Source: Clostridia bacterium (GTDB taxonomy: Bacteria > Bacillota > Clostridia > UMGS1883 > UMGS1540). Taken from it: DNA of 63,016 nt. The position numbers were made by a program, and so were the translations under genes. Within the stretch, counting starts at the first letter, position 1, and the number at the start of each line of letters is the position of its first letter. The stretch covers positions 1 through 63,016 of the forward strand of contig JAZNQL010000005.1 in the NCBI GenBank assembly GCA_045590155.1, in the 5' to 3' direction. Under the pieces are notes generated by a model. The model did no database searches and was not told the DNA's origin. It saw nothing but the letters and a program-made list of their open reading frames with translations. Below, piece by piece: positions 60,160 through 63,016 of the stretch.

Positions 60160-62796
60160 TTGAAAAAAGCAGGAAAAATTTTTGCAATAGCAGTCCCCGT
60201 TGTATTTTTGCTTTTGGTTTTTGCCTATATTATAGGCGTTACAACCGATATAATTGAACTCAGGGAAACAGGATATGACATAGTATATGTAAAAAACCTT
60301 GTAACAAAAGTATGTGTGCAGGGGCTTATTACCCTGTGCTTTTTCGGAATCTTTTCTGCAAACTGTATTATGATTTGCCATAATATGATTTCTATGGGGA
60401 GCGAGCTTTTAATCCTCAAAAGAAAGTCTGTGGTGTTAAGCTTTTGCTTTTTTGTATCTTTAATTGTCGGAATAGTATGGGGCAGAAGTCTTTACAGCGA
60501 TTTTATGGCATATACCTCAAGCGTTTTTGTAGGTACATCAGACCCCATATTCGGCAAAGATATAGGCTACTATATGTTCCAGATGCCGTTTTTGTCCGGA
60601 CTTTTTAGCGGTGCAAGGGCAATAATGATTTCCCAGACAGCATTTACCTTAATAGCATACCTTGCCCTTTATGTGCAAAAGGATATCGACAGTTTCAAGG
60701 AAATTATGCACGAGAACGCAATATTTATTCACGTTATAATAAATGCAATAGTTTTTATTGCTCTGTTTATGGCGTCGTGCAGATTTAAAATGGAAAGCCT
60801 TTTGTACGAAGAATTTGCAGGAGTGCAGGGCGCGGGTTATATCGATACAACAATCTGGATAAATTACTATAAAATTATCCCCTTTGTAACGGTTGCGGTG
60901 CTTATTGCGGCAATTCTCTTCCTTTCCTTCAAAAAAATAAAGGTTACACTTATTACAATTTCTATACTGCCCGTTTTGTGGCTTACATTCAGCATAATGG
61001 CGGGAGTTACCGATATGGTGCTTGTAAGTCCTTACGAAGCGGCGGTAGAGACTCCGTACATCCAAAACAATATAACAGCTACAAGAGCGGCATTCGGTCT
61101 TGATAAAATAGAAAAAGAATATTTTGCGGCATCTGACAATTTTTCTCTTGAAGATGTTACAAATAATTTAGACTCGTTTGACGGTGCCTGCGTTACCGAT
61201 AAAACCCAAGAGCTTGCTATAATAAATTCAACCCAGAGTATGCGCAATTTTTATACCTTTACAGATTTGGATATAAGCTCTTACACAGCTGATGGAAAAG
61301 AACGCGCAGTAATGATTTCGGCACGCGAGCTTGATACGGACAGAATTCCCAAAACCTCTAAAAATTACATAAGTGAGCATATGCAGTATACTCACGGATA
61401 CGGAGTTGTAATGAAGGAGGCAAATGCAAGCGGAGAATATTTTATAAAGAATATTCCCATAAACTATGCAAAGGGCACAAATAAAATTACCGAGCCGAGA
61501 ATTTATTTCGGCGAAAGAACAAACGATTATGTTCTTGTTGGCACAAGATATACCGAAATTGATTATATCGAAGGCGAGAACACGGTAGAATACCGTTATA
61601 CAGGCAGTGCGGGAATACCCTTAACTTTTGCAAACAGACTTCTTTTTGCATTAAAAACGGGAGATATGTCCATTGCAACGGCAAGCTATATAAATAACGA
61701 AAGCCGTATCTTAACAAACCGGAACATTTTGGAAAGAGCAAAAAATGCGGCTCCGTTTTTAAAGTTCGATAAAGATGCTTATATTGTAATAGATTCTGCA
61801 GGCAGACTGAAATGGGTAATAGATGCATACACAACCTCGGACCGATACCCCTATTCCCAAGTCTACGACGAAATAAATTATATAAGAAATTCCGTTAAAG
61901 CGGTTATTGATGCCTTTGACGGAACCCTGACGTTTTATATAACCGATGAAGGCGACCCCATAATAAAAATGTATTCAAAGCTTTATCCGGGACTTTTTTC
62001 CTCACAGACCTTGCCTGGCGACATAGCTATGCATACAAAATATCCGACATATTTATTTAACCTTCAAAGCGAGGTTTATAAAAAATATCATACTACCGAT
62101 GCACGAACACTTTTTGCAGGGTCTGACGAATGGGCTCTGGCAAAAGAGGGGGCGCAGAGTACCGATGCAACAGGCCTCTCCCCTGTTTATAACTTTATAA
62201 AGGCAGATTCCGGCAAAAAGCTTGTAAGTACATTTAACAACTACACAATAAAGAACGAAGATAATATTACGGCAACTCTTTTTGCAAACCGCGAAGGGTT
62301 AAAAATTTATTCTTTCCCCAAAGGAATAACTGTCCCCGGAATGTCGGCAATGAAAAACACTGTCGACACAGAAGCCTCGGTTGCAGAAGCTTTATCTGCC
62401 TGGACAATGAGTAAATCTTCTGTTGTAAAGGGAAATATGCATATTATCCCTGTAAAAAATTCGCTGATTTTTGCACAGAGTGTTTATGTTACGGCAGAAT
62501 CCTCTGCTACCTCTGAGCTTAAAAAAATAATAGCAATATATAACGGCAAAGCGGCAATAGGAGATAATTTGAAGGAAGCGGTTTTAGCACTTTTCGGTAA
62601 ACAGTCCCCCTTGCAAAAAGACGAGGAAGACCGTGAAAATCAAGACGACCTTATAGGACTTCTTATAAATCAGTTTGCCGATGTAAAGGCATACTCAAAA
62701 GAAGGAAACTTTGAAAGCTTTGGTGCAGCGTTGTCCGAAATGGAAAAAACAGTTGACAGACTTGAAAGCTTAAGAATTGAAAAAGGAGACGAATAA
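60160..62796 (+). CDS. UPF0182-family large polytopic membrane protein
   Basis: 878 aa with a TTG start. It has about seven N-terminal TM segments followed by a large soluble region. The family assignment comes from overall architecture and length, from memory. Confidence 0.55.
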   Translation: MKKAGKIFAIAVPVVFLLLVFAYIIGVTTDIIELRETGYDIVYVKNLVTKVCVQGLITLCFFGIFSANCIMICHNMISMGSELLILKRKSVVLSFCFFVSLIVGIVWGRSLYSDFMAYTSSVFVGTSDPIFGKDIGYYMFQMPFLSGLFSGARAIMISQTAFTLIAYLALYVQKDIDSFKEIMHENAIFIHVIINAIVFIALFMASCRFKMESLLYEEFAGVQGAGYIDTTIWINYYKIIPFVTVAVLIAAILFLSFKKIKVTLITISILPVLWLTFSIMAGVTDMVLVSPYEAAVETPYIQNNITATRAAFGLDKIEKEYFAASDNFSLEDVTNNLDSFDGACVTDKTQELAIINSTQSMRNFYTFTDLDISSYTADGKERAVMISARELDTDRIPKTSKNYISEHMQYTHGYGVVMKEANASGEYFIKNIPINYAKGTNKITEPRIYFGERTNDYVLVGTRYTEIDYIEGENTVEYRYTGSAGIPLTFANRLLFALKTGDMSIATASYINNESRILTNRNILERAKNAAPFLKFDKDAYIVIDSAGRLKWVIDAYTTSDRYPYSQVYDEINYIRNSVKAVIDAFDGTLTFYITDEGDPIIKMYSKLYPGLFSSQTLPGDIAMHTKYPTYLFNLQSEVYKKYHTTDARTLFAGSDEWALAKEGAQSTDATGLSPVYNFIKADSGKKLVSTFNNYTIKNEDNITATLFANREGLKIYSFPKGITVPGMSAMKNTVDTEASVAEALSAWTMSKSSVVKGNMHIIPVKNSLIFAQSVYVTAESSATSELKKIIAIYNGKAAIGDNLKEAVLALFGKQSPLQKDEEDRENQDDLIGLLINQFADVKAYSKEGNFESFGAALSEMEKTVDRLESLRIEKGDE

Positions 62797-62799
62797 ATT

Positions 62800-62980
62800 T
62801 TGAAGACACAAAAGTTTAAGGCAGTTGTGTTTGACCTTGACGGAACACTGGCAAACACGCTTGACACAATTCATTATTATGTGCAAAAGGCATTTGATAA
62901 GTTTTCGCTTGGCACAGTAACAAAACAGCAAACCTGCGATGCAGTGGGACACGGAGCGGCAGACCTTATTTCGGGATCCC
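62800..62980 (+). CDS. HAD-superfamily hydrolase (phosphoglycolate-phosphatase-like), N-terminal fragment truncated by the contig end and adapter
   Basis: TTG start. The sequence KAVVFDLDGTLANT is HAD motif I. The apparent C-terminus and stop in the ORF track (62981-62994) are encoded by adapter sequence, not by the genome. Confidence 0.7.
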
Positions 62981-63016
62981 AAGTCGGATCGTAGCCATGT
63001 CGTTCTGTGAGCCAAG
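62981..63016. other. MGI/BGISEQ sequencing adapter (non-biological)
   Basis: AAGTCGGATCGTAGCCATGTCGTTCTGTGAGCCAAG equals the first 36 nt of the BGISEQ/MGI read-2 adapter AAGTCGGATCGTAGCCATGTCGTTCTGTGAGCCAAGGAGTTG. Confidence 0.93.

Overview
This window is the replication-origin region of a low-GC Gram-positive, Clostridia-like chromosome. It is almost certainly a metagenome-assembled contig, because the last 36 nt (62981-63016) are an MGI/BGISEQ sequencing adapter. All product calls come from motif recognition and gene order; no similarity search was run.

Core layout:
- rpmH-rnpA-yidD-yidC-jag lie on the minus strand (19583-21693).
- oriC is bipartite, with DnaA boxes and an AT-rich stretch on both sides of dnaA (21694-22105 and 23399-23588).
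- dnaA-dnaN-S4 protein-recF-remB-gyrB-gyrA follow on the plus strand (22106-30689).
- Other housekeeping genes: rpoB (partial, runs off the 5' edge), htpG, pepP-like, efp, lonB-like, lon, engB, mnmE, mnmG, dnaE, whiA, serS, parB, parA (with two perfect parS sites), comM-like, tsaE, tsaB, rpiB, nrdR, smc, ftsY and a UPF0182 membrane protein.
- Three SLH-domain cell-surface proteins are present, one of them an S-layer-like protein.
- I found no rRNA, tRNA, CRISPR array, transposase, integrase or prophage genes.

Most noteworthy observations:
1. An unclassified structured RNA of about 235 nt (promoter, multi-helix domain, intrinsic terminator, RBS) leads into a stand-alone SLOG/DUF1273 gene, at the spot where mnmE-mnmG would normally follow jag.
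2. A LarA-like (nickel-pincer type) epimerase, a UxaE-like epimerase, a PHP protein, gnd and a PfkB kinase form a cluster that is translationally coupled to the end of gyrA.
3. A family of GC-rich hairpins flanked by TTTGTAnGG.
4. A LonB-like AAA+ protein with no protease domain.
5. A very acidic Cys-rich zinc-ribbon protein downstream of efp.
6. A rearranged origin neighbourhood that puts dnaE, serS, parAB and lon head-on to the inferred replication direction.

I do not see a clear-cut multi-gene defence or mobile system.
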